From positions 31,000,001 through 31,064,000 of the forward strand of contig OX597818.1 in the NCBI GenBank assembly GCA_951406725.2: DNA of 64,000 bases. The letters run 5' to 3'. The notes beneath the pieces were generated by a model. That model did no database searches. It saw only the letters and a list, made by a program, of their open reading frames with translations, and was not told where the DNA came from. This document shows, piece after piece, positions 11,959 through 25,544 of the stretch (position 1 is the first letter of the stretch; each line of letters starts with the position of its first letter). The stretch comes from Octopus vulgaris. Lineage: Eukaryota. The translations under genes and the position numbers were made by a program.

Positions 11959-12261
11959 ATAGCTAAAATCTCATAAGCTATATACTTAATGTTATGATAA
12001 ACGCATGGGAACAGCAGCTATCGGGTTCTGACCGCATCCACTTTGTCCATGACCATCACCAAAATTTACAGGTGTATAAGAAATAGGTTGAATAGTGCAC
12101 CGGTTATAACGTGCTCAAAGTACAACACTGCAGCTACAGCGATTCTCCATTGCATATCGGTGTATGCAGAAGGGTCGTCTTTATGTTAGAGGCATGGATT
12201 CGATGAAGGCGTAAACTATATTCCATAAGTCAGTCCGATGAGGGTTCACATAGATCGTCTA

Positions 12262-13105
12262 GAACGACGACGACGACCACCACCACCACCACCGCCACCA
12301 CGATCACCACAACGACGACGACGACCACCACCACCACCACCATCACCACTACTACAACAACATCCAGACCACGACGACGATGACGAACCACGACCAAGAC
12401 CACGACCACGAGCACCACCGCGACTACCACGACCACCATTATCACAACTACCACCACCACCACCACCACCACCACCATCACCACCACCACCACCACCACC
12501 ACCACCACCACCACTGCCACCACGACAACCACCACAACCACCACCACCACCACCACCACCACCATCACCACTACTACAACAACATCCAGACCACGACGAC
12601 GATGACGAACCACGACCAAGACCACGACCACGAGCACCACCGCGACCACCACGACCACCATTATCACAACTACCACCACCACCACCACCACCACCACCAC
12701 CACCACCACCACCACCACCACACACCACCACCACCACCACCATCACCACTACTACAACAACATCCAGACCACGACGACGATGACGAACCACGACCAAGAC
12801 CACGACCACGAGCACCACCGCGACCACCACGACCACCATTATCACAACTACCACCACCACCACCACCACTGCCACCACCATCATCACCACCACCACCACC
12901 ACCATCACCACCACCACAACAACATCCAGACCACGGCGACGATGACGACCACGAGCACCACCACGACCACCATTATCACAACTACCACCATCAATGCTGC
13001 CACCACCGCCACCGCCGCCGCAACCACCACCACCACCACCACCAAAACCACCACCAGCACTACCACCACCACCACCAGCACCACCACCACCACCACCACC
13101 AACTG
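12262..13105 (+). repeat. (CCA)n-based compound repeat with higher-order ~110-bp unit
   Basis: Unit catcaccactactacaacaacatccagaccacgacgacgatgacgaacc... at 12341, 12563, 12741, and diverged at 12903. Confidence 0.9.
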
Positions 13106-13646
13106 CCGTTAGCAACAGTAACATCTACGACAGCAGATTAATACATGCGTTGACATACGACCGTGTTGCCTGCCACATTCGAGCTCATTTATTCATTTTC
13201 TTTTTTTCCTGTTCGGTAATCAATATTAATCTGTTTGATGACAGTGGAAGATATTAACGCAAACATTCACGCACGTACACGCACGCACGCACAAAGAGCA
13301 TTTAGAAAATACAAATATATGAAAGGTGATGTGTCAATTTTTCTCCAAAAGGTTTACAAATTCATAGCGGTTTCGCTTTCCTTCCCTCTCCCTCTCCCTT
13401 CCCTTCCCTTTCCCTTCTATCTACATATGAGTGTCCATATATAGATAAATCATTATATATATATGTGTATATATATATATAAATGAATATATATATGTTT
13501 ATATATGCATCCTTATATATGTGTACACAAACACATACACACACACACACACACACATATATATACATACAAATATGCACATACATATTTATATATATAT
13601 ATGTGCATAAGCGCACACATAAGTATTATAGATATTATGCATCATA

Positions 13647-13685
<39 letters not shown>

Positions 13686-13812
13686 ACATGCATATATATT
13701 TAGTATATAAGCATATATATAACTACATATGCAAATTATATTACATCTAATGGCGCACAGAGATATATGTATATATCTATTCAAATGTAAGTTTTATTTA
13801 TATTAAGTATGA

Positions 13813-14060
<248 letters not shown>

Positions 14061-14251
14061 CACGCACACACATATATATAATGTGCATATATTTATATTA
14101 TGAGCATTTACAATGCGTGTACACACACGCGCGTGCACACACGCTTACACACATTCTCGTTTGTCTTGGAAAGAAAACGAATTAATATCTATAAACATAG
14201 AAACCATTTTTCTGTACACATTTCTTTCCTAATTCTCCTTTCCTTTCCCTG

Positions 14252-14323
<72 letters not shown>

Positions 14324-14324
14324 C

Positions 14325-14456
14325 TTTGCCTTTCATCCTTTCGGGGTCGATAAATTAAGTACCAGTTACGCACTGGGGTCGATGTAATCGACTTATCCGT
14401 TTGTCTGTCCTTGCTTGTCCCCTCTGTGTTTAGCCCCTTGTGGGTAGTAAAGAAAT
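14325..14456 (+). mobile_element. 5'-truncated SINE A (long tail) inserted in (TATC)n
   Basis: ctttgcctttcatcctttcggggtcg...ccccttgtgggtagtaaagaaat, flanked by (TATC)n at 14253-14322 and 14459-14630. Confidence 0.9.
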
Positions 14457-14457
14457 A

Positions 14458-14537
<80 letters not shown>

Positions 14538-14558
14538 CATCCATCCATCCATCCATCC

Positions 14559-14618
<60 letters not shown>

Positions 14619-15350
14619 ATCTATCTATCAGTATTCCTTCCTCTCTCTCTCTGCCTTCCTGCCTACATATGTGTCTGCCGATGCGAATGGTTGAGTATGC
14701 GTACGTACGATTTTGTGTGCATATGTATGCTTAAAGAAATTGGTATAAAATTCCTAAATCTGTCCACCATAAATCATTCCAAACTTTGTATTTCACACCA
14801 CGGATGCCACTGACACACAACCGCATACAACTTGTCATTAGTGTTGAAAGTTAAATCAGACCAACAGTACTACGTAGAAATTTATATATTGGTGTACTTC
14901 AACAGGGGTAAGAGTATGCTTTTCTCTTTTTGTTGGCGATGCATCTTTTTTATTTGCTGCGTATGCACGTCCCTCAGTCTCGCTGACTTTGTCTGTCTGT
15001 CTGTCTATCTGTCTGTCTGTCTCTGTCTCTATGTCTCTCTCTATCTATCTATAATACCGGAAGTTTCTTGTATTATAGATAGATAGATAGATAGACAGAT
15101 AGACAGGTAGATACATACATACATTCATACATACATATATGCATACATACATATATACATACATACATATACATATATACATACATACATATACATACAT
15201 ACATATATATATATATGTATATATATACATATATATATATATGTATGTATGTATGTATATATCTATGTATGTATATATGTATGTGTGTATATATATATAC
15301 ATATATATATACATATATATATACATATACATATATACATATATATATAC

Positions 15351-15414
<64 letters not shown>

Positions 15415-16724
15415 GGGTTTGTATAGAAAGATATATATATTATTCAAAGGAATTCCAACTCTGTTTTTTTAATGTTTTATTTATATTCTTATAATATTAA
15501 TGTAGGATATAGAATATATGGTATATATAGTAAAATGAAATGAAGTATTGATTGTCGTATTAAAAATACATGAAATATTGAATATCAAATATTAAGGGAC
15601 TAGTATACTTTCTTGCATTTAAGCAATCTTCAAGGTCCTAGGTTGTGACAGATGTATGTATGTATGTATGTATGTATGTATGTATGTATGTATGTATGTA
15701 TGTATGTATGTATGTATGTATATCACATGAGAGCGCATGGGTCAGCTGTGGAGAGAAAGAGTGAGAGAAGAGAGAAAGAAATGGATCTCAGCTCACGAGA
15801 AATACTTTATCAACCCCAGATAATATAATGGCTAAGTTAGCCTTGATGGGATTTGAACTCAGAGCAACGTAGAGAGCCAGAACGAATACCGCAATGTATG
15901 CAATATTGAAAGGATTGTGTATGAGGTGACTAAATGAATCTCTAATCTAACTTACATGTCTTAATTCTATGGCTGAAATAGAACAGTATACGGCGCAATC
16001 AGGGTAAACGCGAGCCTTTGGAAGAGAGATTATGTATGCGTGTATTCATGTGTGTAGATATAAGAATGCATATTACTTTCTTTCTTTCTTTCTTCCCCCC
16101 TCTCTCTATATATATATGTGCATGAGTGTGTGTTTGTGTGCATGAGTGTGTGTGTATGTGTGTGAGTAGAATATAAAATAATTGGACTACTAATGAAGTC
16201 AGTGACGTAAAAATGCCTTTGGTTTATTAATATTCTTAAATCTCATTAAACAGCAGATCAAGGCAATGTGGAAACACAACGACTCGATTTTGAAGTCTTC
16301 ATTTGAGTCTTCATTCGCCTCGGGGTTTTAAAGTTTTACTTAAGGGGTCAGAAACATTAATGAAGCTCTCAGTATTTATGGTTTAACGTCAGATTTTAAC
16401 TTGCTAACTAACATTCGGAAGGAAGTTAAAGAACACGGTATCATTGTTAACTGCAACATGCAATGTTGGTGGGCAATTAGCGCTAAAAATGATTAAAGAA
16501 GGGAGCTTTATTTGGTTATTTGTGCTGTTAAGTAAAATAGTAGCCGAATGACGCCTATTATATCACACAGTACTGTTGCAAAAAACTAAGGGCACATTGT
16601 ATATTGTAGTTCTAGATATACTATATCTTAATAAAATAAGGGATAGTCATGGCTGGATTGCCTTTGTTCATAGATCTATTCAGTAAAGCCTGACTTGAGT
16701 TTAAGCAACAACATTAGTAATCGT

Positions 16725-17057
16725 TTCTACTAAAGGCACAAGGTCTGAAATTTTGGGGGTGAGCTCGAAAGGATAAAAGGCGAAGTCGACCTCGGCGGAA
16801 TTTGATCTCAGAACGTAGCGGCAGACGAAATATAATACCAATTTCTTTACTACCCACAAGGGCCTAAACACAGGGGACAAACAAGGACAGACAAACGGAT
16901 TAAGTCGATTATATCGACCCCAGTGCGTAACTTGTACTTATTTAATCGACCTCGAAAGGATGAAAGGCAAAGTCGACCTCGGCGGAATTTGAACTCAGAA
17001 CGTAGCGGCAGACGAAATACCACTAAGCATTTCGCCTGGCGTGCCAGCTCGCCGCGT
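16725..17057 (-). mobile_element. Two nested or tandem SINE A copies
   Basis: aagtcgacctcggcggaatttga.ctcagaacgtagcggcagacgaaata occurs twice; long-tail and short-tail ends. Confidence 0.85.
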
Positions 17058-17248
17058 TAATAACAACATTAATAATAGCAAGAATAACAACAACAGAAGT
17101 ATATGTCAGTGAGGAAAGTTCTACGTGTGAGATTCCACAGAGTGGTCATATATGGAGTATTTGGTTCTTTCAAAGAGCCCAATTAAAACTAATATTTCGT
17201 AAAATAGTAGCAGATGAGTAAATCTGCAGTCTAGCAATTGCTTGTTCA

Positions 17249-17871
17249 TTATTACCTCCGCCAAGGAAGGAGGTTATGTTTTCATCGGCGTTGGTTTGTC
17301 CGTCTGTGTGCAAAATAACTCAAAAAGTTGTGAACAGTATTTGATGAAACTTGCAGAAAAAGTTGGTAACGACACAAAAACAGATGATGAAATTTTGGTA
17401 ACGATCCGGGAATTTTTATGGATTCTTGAAGGATTTTTCATTTTTTATATTTACTTTACATGAAGTATTACAATGTTACGGTCTTAGATTATCTCCCTTG
17501 AAAACACGCTCATCGTTTCAACGTAACCTATGGTGGCGTTGCTGCTTCCAAAGTTTATTTTCGTTTCTCTATTAGTAATTTTACTCGCGTTGTGTGTATA
17601 TCACTCAGGTTTTAGGTAATTGTTGTTTCTTTTTAGTTGTATGGTGAAACTAGCTTGCTGTTGTCATGTATTATAACTGCTTCAGATGATTCCTGTTTTT
17701 AAAGGTTCTTTTTTAAAAATCATATGGCTGTGTTATTTTTTTTAACCCCACCAAGGAGGTTATGTTTTTGCCGGTGTTGGTTTGGGAAATGGGCGATTTT
17801 CAGCATGCGTGTATATGGGTGGAAATGAGCTGCTTGGCGGAGGTCTGCACTCTCCGAGTGCTTTTCTAGTT
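17249..17871 (+). mobile_element. Non-autonomous Helentron-like (HINE/DINE-type) element
   Basis: Subterminal inverted repeat cctccgccaag / cttggcggagg, 3' hairpin gcactc-tcc-gagtgc, ends ttttctagtt, TT flanks. Confidence 0.75.
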
Positions 17872-17884
17872 AATTATATTTTGA

Positions 17885-18030
17885 AGGCGGTGAGCTGGCA
17901 GGAACGTTAGCCTGCCGGGCGAAATGCGTAGCAGTATTTCGTCTGTCTTTACCAGTTACGTACTAGGGGCGATCTAATCGACTGGCTACCTCCCCAGAAA
18001 TTTCGGCCCTTGTGCTTAGAGTAGAAAAGA
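17885..18030 (+). mobile_element. SINE A (short tail), internally deleted
   Basis: ggcggtgagctggcaggaacgttagc...ccttgtgcttagagtagaaaaga. Confidence 0.8.
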
Positions 18031-19572
18031 TTATATTTTGAATCATTGCCTTTTGATTTACTGTCTGATTTTGCGACTATCGGTATAGCGGTATTGGAGG
18101 CTATTGATTGGTTAAAATTAGCAAAAATATCAATCTTTATAAAATCGTAACATTTTTATCGGTAATTTTTGAAAATAAAGAGTTGTCTGCAGGTTGGACA
18201 AAAATGCTTAGCGGCATTTCTTCAAGTTTATTAAGTTCTGTATTCAAATTCTACAAAGGCCGACGTTGACTTTCGGGGTCGATAAATGAAGTACCATATC
18301 AATTGACCCCTGGGATCGATATAATCGATTTATCCCTTCCCTTAAAATGACTAGTCTTGTGCCAAAATATGAAATTAATTTCTGTGAAAATTTACTGAAA
18401 GCTTCGTAATTTTCATGCAAAAAACCACATCATTACAAAAAAAGTTTAACAAAATCGGACATAGTGAACGAAAAGGCAAAGGTCCCTTATTTTCCATATT
18501 ATTCGAAGGAAACGAACTCTAATTGGGAATTGTAAAAGAAAGTGAAGTCTAGTTTTATGCTTTTTTGTTAGCTTTCTGCTAGTGTTCAAGTCTCGTTGGT
18601 GAAGAACAGAACTGTCTGCAATGTAGGATTTGAAAACTAGTAATATTTTAATTCTATCACTGACCAAGCAATTCCAACTGAAATAAAGTCTGCGCGCTGC
18701 TTCCCATAGTAATTGGCAACTTTGTTTAAAAAAATTTTTCTACTATCTGCCATGACACATTCAGGATAACAAAAATGAGTAACAGAAACAATAAAAAACA
18801 AAAAAAAATAAAAACTAATTTTAATTTTGATGTAAAAAATGTTAAAAGTAAAAACGAAGAAAAAGAAAAAATAACTGATTTTTCTTTTCTCCAACAAATT
18901 TTCCACATCAGAAACTAAACGAAACCTGCTGTTTAAACACTGACACAAAACTTACATACTTTCACACTTTAAATAATTAGGGGAAAAAAAGAATATATAT
19001 ATATATATATATATATATGTAACAACAGTAACATACAGAATATTTATCACTTTAATCTTGTCGATTGTGTAGCACAACCTGTTTCATGTTTTTCAATGGG
19101 AATTTACAAACTCTAACTCTGGTTTTTGAAATCAGTAACTTTGTTGTCACTTCCCTAGAAATCCAACATGTACAAATGGCATTTTCATTTCGTACCGACT
19201 TGTTTCTGTCTGTTTTTCTCTCTCTGTCTTCTTGTTGTAGTAGTAGTAGTAGTATGTAGTAGTAGTAGTATGTAGTAGTAGTAGTTGTTGCTGTTGTTGT
19301 TGTTGTTCTTGTTCTTCTTCTTGTTCTTCTTCTTCTTCTTCTTCTTCTTCTTCTTCTTCTTCTTCTTCTTCTTCTTCTTCTTCTTCTTCTTCCAAGACAA
19401 GAGACAATTAATTTTGTTCACACATTTATCCGTACGCATATACTTTGTTTCAACATACACTAGGACATACAAGAATCTCACTCACTACAAGCATACACAT
19501 ATTTGTGCATAATGTATGCCTGTGAATACATTTACATATATATATATATATATATGTTAAACATACACATTT

Positions 19573-19745
19573 AGGCGGCCAATTGACAGAACCGATAGCA
19601 CGCTGGAAAATGCTTAGCGGCATTTCACTCTGACCTGAAATTCTGCCGGAGTCGATATAATAACTACTAGTCAAATACTAAGGTCGATGTAATCGACTTC
19701 CACCTCTCCTAAAAATATGCTGGCCCTGGGCCAAAATTTGATAGC
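19573..19745 (+). mobile_element. SINE A, decayed
   Basis: aaatgcttagcggcatttc...gtcgatgtaatcgact. Confidence 0.65.
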
Positions 19746-19925
19746 GTATTAAGCATATACAGTTATTACATTTATTGCGTATCCATATACACATTCGCTC
19801 ATAGAAACATATCTATAGAGTGTTAAACATTTTTGGTATGCAAATTAGGGACTCCTTCATAGAGTAAATGCATTTGTTGCGTATATATACAGTTTGGCTG
19901 ATTACTTCTCTGGAGGCTGTCAGAA

Positions 19926-20289
19926 TGATGTGAACGTCTCTGATGAGAACCCAATAAGGCTCGAAAATCGATTCTTCTTCTTCTTAATCCTTTTTGCTCC
20001 TTGTGGAGCATAGGGCCGGTTACCCGGTTTCCTTGGCGTATAGGTTCCACACCTGGACGAGATGCCGGCCAGTCGCAGGTGAGTTGCAAGATGCAGGAGG
20101 AAAGAGTGAAAGTTGTGGCGAAAGAGTCAGCAGAAGTTCGCCATTACCTTCTGCCGGAGCCGCGTGGAGCTTAGGTGTTTCGCTCATAAACACGCACATC
20201 GCGTGGTCTGAGATTCGAACCCGCGATTCCTCGACCGCGAATCCGCTGCTCTAACCACTAGGCCACTCGAAAATCGATTAAGGTTCATC
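19926..20289 (+). ncRNA. Hammerhead motif split by a SINE insertion
   Basis: Pre-insertion allele: gtct-CTGATGA(19940-46)-gaacc caataa ggctc-GAAA-atcgat-TA-aggttcatca. Confidence 0.65.
19974..20265 (-). mobile_element. SINE family C, tail variant 3 (RTE-like 3' end), 14-bp TSD
   Basis: tRNA-like head tggcctagtggttagagcagcgg; tail ccctatgctccacaaggagcaaaaaggattaagaagaag; TSD ctcgaaaatcgatt at 19960-19973 and 20266-20279. Confidence 0.9.
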
Positions 20290-21499
20290 AATTTTTTTTT
20301 TCCGTCTGCGGAGAAACGGTTAAAATTTACCCAGTTTCTAATGATATCATATGTTACATTCATGCATAGGCACCCTCACGAACCAACGATACTGAATATA
20401 CATCATTACTGAACTCGCATGAAATAACCGCCAAATTCTCACTCATATCCCACACTAAGGTCAAGTTACATACACGTAAAATAATGAAATGGTCACAGTC
20501 AAAATACCTTTGATCATAAATTCATCTTTCGCATATGGTTGACAATTGACGGAACAACAAAAACAAGAACAATAATAGTAACACCAGAAGCAGCAACAAT
20601 AATAGTAACACTAGTAGTAGCAAAAACAACAAAAACAACAAGTGATACGCATTAAAGAAGATTTGTAATTCTTATTTAAGCAACAGACCAGAGGTTTAAC
20701 AATTTCCTTAGATTTACATATTTATTTCGGATATTAAATTACAAGCCAAATATTTCATGTAAAGACCTTCGAAGTAAAATGCAATTAAAGAAAAAAAATA
20801 AAAGAATACAAGAAGGCATAAGTTACTAATGAAAAATACTGTGAGAAACTGAGAGATGCTGAACTTGTGACTTTCCTTTCACTGTATTCTCTGATTTGTT
20901 TTTTCTGTTAACCCATTAATGTATTCCCTGGCTTGTTTTTATGTTAACCCATTAAAGCATTTACTTCTCAATTTTTGTTCCGCGATATGTTCAACATCGG
21001 GCGATTCTTGCACGGTCCCGGTCCAAGCAGACCAGAAAGGAACAGTATGTGAGGATCTTCCACGACCGTTCACCCACATCCATATATCCATTCTGAGAAT
21101 GTGCGAGAGGGAGAGAGAGAGAGAAAGAGAGAGGGGAGAGAGGGGAGAAAGAAAAGAGGAAAGAGGGAGGGAGAGAGGGGAGGAAGAAGAAGAGTCGACA
21201 TTCGTACTTCACTGGTATTTTACTAATTCCGTAAGGATGTAAGGCACTCAGAACGCATAGTACTAGAACAAATACTTCAAGGTAGTCTATCTGACACTCA
21301 ATTGATTTATATAATGCGTCATCTACCTTAAAGCACAGTGTCCAAAACAGGAGAGTCAAGAAATGATACAATATAAAGCAGTTATTTCAATTTTAAATAC
21401 TACACACACAAACACACACACATGTGTGTTTGTATGAGTATTTATATCTATGAGTATTTATATATATATCTCTTTCTATATATATGCACGCACACAAAT

Positions 21500-22260
21500 A
21501 TGCAGGCATCCAAACTGTGGAACCTGCCTCAATCTACTGGAATGTTCAAAATTCCACTTCCAAAAAGGACAGATTCTCATAATTAACACTGATTTCACCT
21601 GTGCATCCGAAAATTTAATTGAAGTGATAACTTGTTCCATATGTGGCCAAAATTATGTAGGTTAAACAAGGATGTCCCTCAGACGTAGAACAACACTGCA
21701 TAAAGAGCAGATGTGTTATCCAAGGTGTAGACAAATACCATTAAGTGAACAGAGTGATGTGCGGGTAATCTTCAATCACACTTCACTGTGTTTTTCCTTT
21801 ACCAATGCTAGGAAACAGTTTCTATACAACAGCGATTACATAAAGAGAATATATATATTGATAAATACAAACTGCGCTTGAATATGAACACAGTTAATTT
21901 TGTAAATCGTTTAATTAATAAATTTATAACTTCATAATGTAAATACTATCAATTCACATTCCCACTAAAAGAGTAATTATATCCCCTGCCACTAATAATA
22001 ACAATCCCTAATTACCTCCACTTAGATTTATTCAGCTACTGATTCATTGACGAAGCAACTTTCCTGGTAGTAACATGGACTAAAAACTTTTTATGATACC
22101 ATGTAATCGTAATATGTTCTCTAATTTCTTAGTCATGATTAGCAAAAGCGAAACCGGTTGACTATGTAAATATCACATAAAAATATATATACATTCTTTG
22201 CATTTTCCGTTTATATTTTCCCTATAACTCATCACGTGGGGGAAAATCTTACCAACGAAG
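21500..22260 (+). mobile_element. Penelope-like element 3' fragment: GIY-YIG endonuclease plus pLTR
   Basis: CRHPNCGTC...FTCASENLIEVITCSICGQNYVG*TRMSLRRRTTLH matches PLE GIY-YIG with its Cys linker; decayed HHR TTGACGA(22047)...gcGAAACCGGTT(22150). Confidence 0.85.
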
Positions 22261-24218
22261 CTTTTCTATACACTCACACACATACGCGCACTCGCACATA
22301 CACATATATTTAGTGAATCTCTCTCTCTCTCTTTCTCTCTCTCTCTATCTTTCCCCGATCATTTCACATGGAATAACCGATAATAGTGGATAACTGTGGA
22401 ACCACTTGTTACATAAGCACCTAAAACCTGCATACTGCCAAATCGTATTAATTGGTTTCTTCCGCACTGTATAATGAAAAGGGTATTTGGTAACTATAGT
22501 GAGCAGCTTTAGCTGCCACGTAGAAGCTCGTCCATCGGTCCATCTTATTTTCATGTAGTAAGATCAGTTCATACTTAATGTAATAAATCAAAAAGTTAAA
22601 ATTTATTATTACCTACCAGCATTTTGTATATTAACACTATACTTATCATGTAGGGTGTGAACCATTGTAAATTTGAAGTCGTCCTTATATTTAGCAAATC
22701 ATGTGCAAATTAATTAGGAAGAACTTTTTCGTCTTCCAGTGACACCATAGAAGGATTTCAGTTCAGTGTTGTGCCAGCTATAGACACAACCGTGTCTATA
22801 GCTTCATAGTAACAATTAAAATAGACGGGTTTTGGTATTAAACATCTTGGTCAAGAGAAATATCCAAGTAACGTTATTGATGAAATACAAATAAATCGTT
22901 GACTCTTCCTCCATTAGTGGCGCACTTTAAATCTTATAAATTTGGCGACCGACGGAATTTCTAATTTTTCTCTATTTTTCTTTATCATTAAATTGAAAAA
23001 CAAATAAACAAAATGGTAACAAAATCTTAAACTCACAATACTAAAAGAAGCGAAAACAAAGCAGAACAATGAAAAATTAAATAATTAAAAAAAAACAATC
23101 TTTAACACCCTTCCCACCCCGAAACAAAACTGAACTATATATAATAGACCTAACAAATGTAAAAAGTATAAGGGGAATTTTGTTGGCAAAAAGGTGAAAT
23201 AAATAAAGTGAAAAGTACCTCATTTATTATAACATGGTTACATTTTATTTTGACATATTGCAGTGAAAAAGGTAATAAAGCAAAAAAAAAAAAGTGGTTA
23301 AAATATATTCATCACTCGCTGGAAAAAGAATATCCTCCATCTTGGGCCGCAACCACCTCAGCTGGTAAAAAAATATTTATAGTTTAAAACACAAACAGGA
23401 AGATATAAAAATGCATACGAGAAAATAAACAAGTAACTAAAGAAAAAAAATCAATAAAAATAAATAACTAGTAAATATGATCAAATGAATAAACCAAAGC
23501 AAAAACACGTAAATAAATTTTTTTTTTTGCCGTAAACAATACAGTTGTTTATGAATTCACTTTAATTGGAAATTTAAAAAAAAAATTACTTTTTTTTTCT
23601 GATTTTATTTTGTGTAAAGCTAAATACGAAGTATAAAGCGAATTAGAGAAAGAAAGAAAAAGAAAAAGAAAAAGAGAAAGCGAATTACATGAGAGAGAAG
23701 GAAGGAAGGAAGGAAGGAAGGAAGGAAGGAAAGAGAGAGGTAAAGGAACATAAAAAGAAAGAAAGGAAGAATTATGTTTAAAGCGATTTGTCAATAGGTG
23801 GTGGATAAGCAATTAAAATTCAACGCTAAATGGTAACATTTAACGCTAACGGTTTTTGAATGAAGAACCAAACATCGACCACTAAGCGGCATTTCTAACT
23901 ACTAATGTAAAAATAAAAAAGTTTGGATCTCCGTCGTAATCGATGATGAGTATTCGATTTTTTCGACCAACGGAACTAAGAGTTTTGTAAACGTCTAGTG
24001 GTTAATAAAGAAAGAATATTATGAAGGTGCGCGGTGAGCTGGCAGGATCGTTAGAATTTGTTCCAGTACAAGATCGGTAGGTTATTTATCGATTCGGAAA
24101 GGATGAAAGACAAAATTGACCTTGGTGGGATATGAACTTATAACTCAGACAACCGTAATGAACACTGCAAGGCCTTCTATCCGACTCTCAAATAATTTGG
24201 TCAATCCACCGGCTACAT

Positions 24219-24249
<31 letters not shown>

Positions 24250-24354
24250 GTCGCACACACACACACACGCGCGCACACAAACATACATGTACACACACAA
24301 ACATATACACACACATGCACACACACACACGCGCGCGCTCGGGCACATATACCA

Positions 24355-24660
24355 CATTGTTTCAATCATGACACAGTGGCCATGCTGGAGCACCGCCTTG
24401 AAAAATTTTAGCGGAACGAATCGACCCATGTACTTTTTTTGTTGAAGCCTGGTACTTATTCTCTCGGCCGAACCGCTAAGTGACTGGGCCGCAAACACAC
24501 CAGCATCCGTCGTCAAGCAGTGATCGGAGACAAACACTGACACAATGACACACACATACATACAAACACATGCATACGCACACACACAAGCATAGACACA
24601 TACATACACATACATACTCACACACACACACATATATACGACGTCATAAGTAGCCCGTTG
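24355..24660 (-). mobile_element. SINE family B 3' half
   Basis: gtggccatgctggagcaccgcc...aaccgctaag...acaccagcatccg. Confidence 0.75.
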
Positions 24661-24682
24661 TATATATATATGTGTGTGTATG

Positions 24683-24717
<35 letters not shown>

Positions 24718-24810
24718 GAATATTCGCTACCCTATATATGTATCTTATGACGCCATGATAGATCGTTAGCCACTACACACATTTTTTCTCTCCTTGTTTT
24801 TCCTGTGTAC

Positions 24811-24846
24811 CTTTCTGTAGAAGAGCGTAGGCTCGAAACGTAAAAG
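24811..24846 (+). ncRNA. Minimal hammerhead-like motif, variant core (CUGUAGA), in pLTR fragment 24751-24935
   Basis: cttt-CTGTAGA-a-gagc gtag gctc-GAAA-cg-TA-aaag. Confidence 0.6.
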
Positions 24847-25496
24847 ACTTTTTCTATTCCTGAGCGCTATACTAATACATCTGTTTGTTTTGTACACCAC
24901 CTGTCTTCTTTTGTTTTTTCCGTAAATTTTCCCTATATATATTTATATAAATGGTGATATTTCTAACGAATATTCGCTACCCTATATATGTATCTTATGA
25001 ATATGTTCTTAGCATTCTCGAAGATTCAGCTCGGCATTATATATTTACTGCCGACTGAAACTGCGCTGGCGCGCTGAATTTTGAATAATTATAACGTATA
25101 ATGATGGGACACGTGTTATTTTGTCTCTGAATGATAAGTTAGTTATTGAGGCCGGTTATGGATGAAAATTCGCCTGGCAGATAATCTTGTTTGCTAAATT
25201 ACCTATTAAAGGGTGGCAGATAATCTTATTTGTAGAGAAATTTGAAACCATGGTATAACCGCAAATAAAAATAACAAGGTAAAAGTTTTTATTTTTCATT
25301 TCCTTCGAAAATTGCTATTAAATCGTGGTTTTGGCCGTGTTGGCTGCTTCTTCTAGCATGTAAAAATTACCTGTTAAAGGGTAGTTTTCTTTTGTGTTTA
25401 AATGTACACTATTTTAAAACAAGAATATGTTGTCTATTGATTATTTATACATGCTAGGCAACTGGTGGTGATATTTCTAACGAATATTCTCTACCC

Positions 25497-25542
<46 letters not shown>

Positions 25543-25544
<2 letters not shown>

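Noticed and set aside
12230-13257. Gly-, His-, Pro- and Val-rich ORFs up to 292 aa
   Set aside because: All six frames open because of (CCA)n; no splice or codon evidence for one frame
18637-18753. MADSRKIFLNKVANYYG, faintly like a dynein-2 heavy chain N-terminus
   Set aside because: Similarity too short, in-frame stop follows, no convincing donor site
22776-22803. Perfect 12-bp hairpin agctatagacac-aacc-gtgtctatagct
   Set aside because: Isolated; no CTRR end or partner terminus to make it a Helitron
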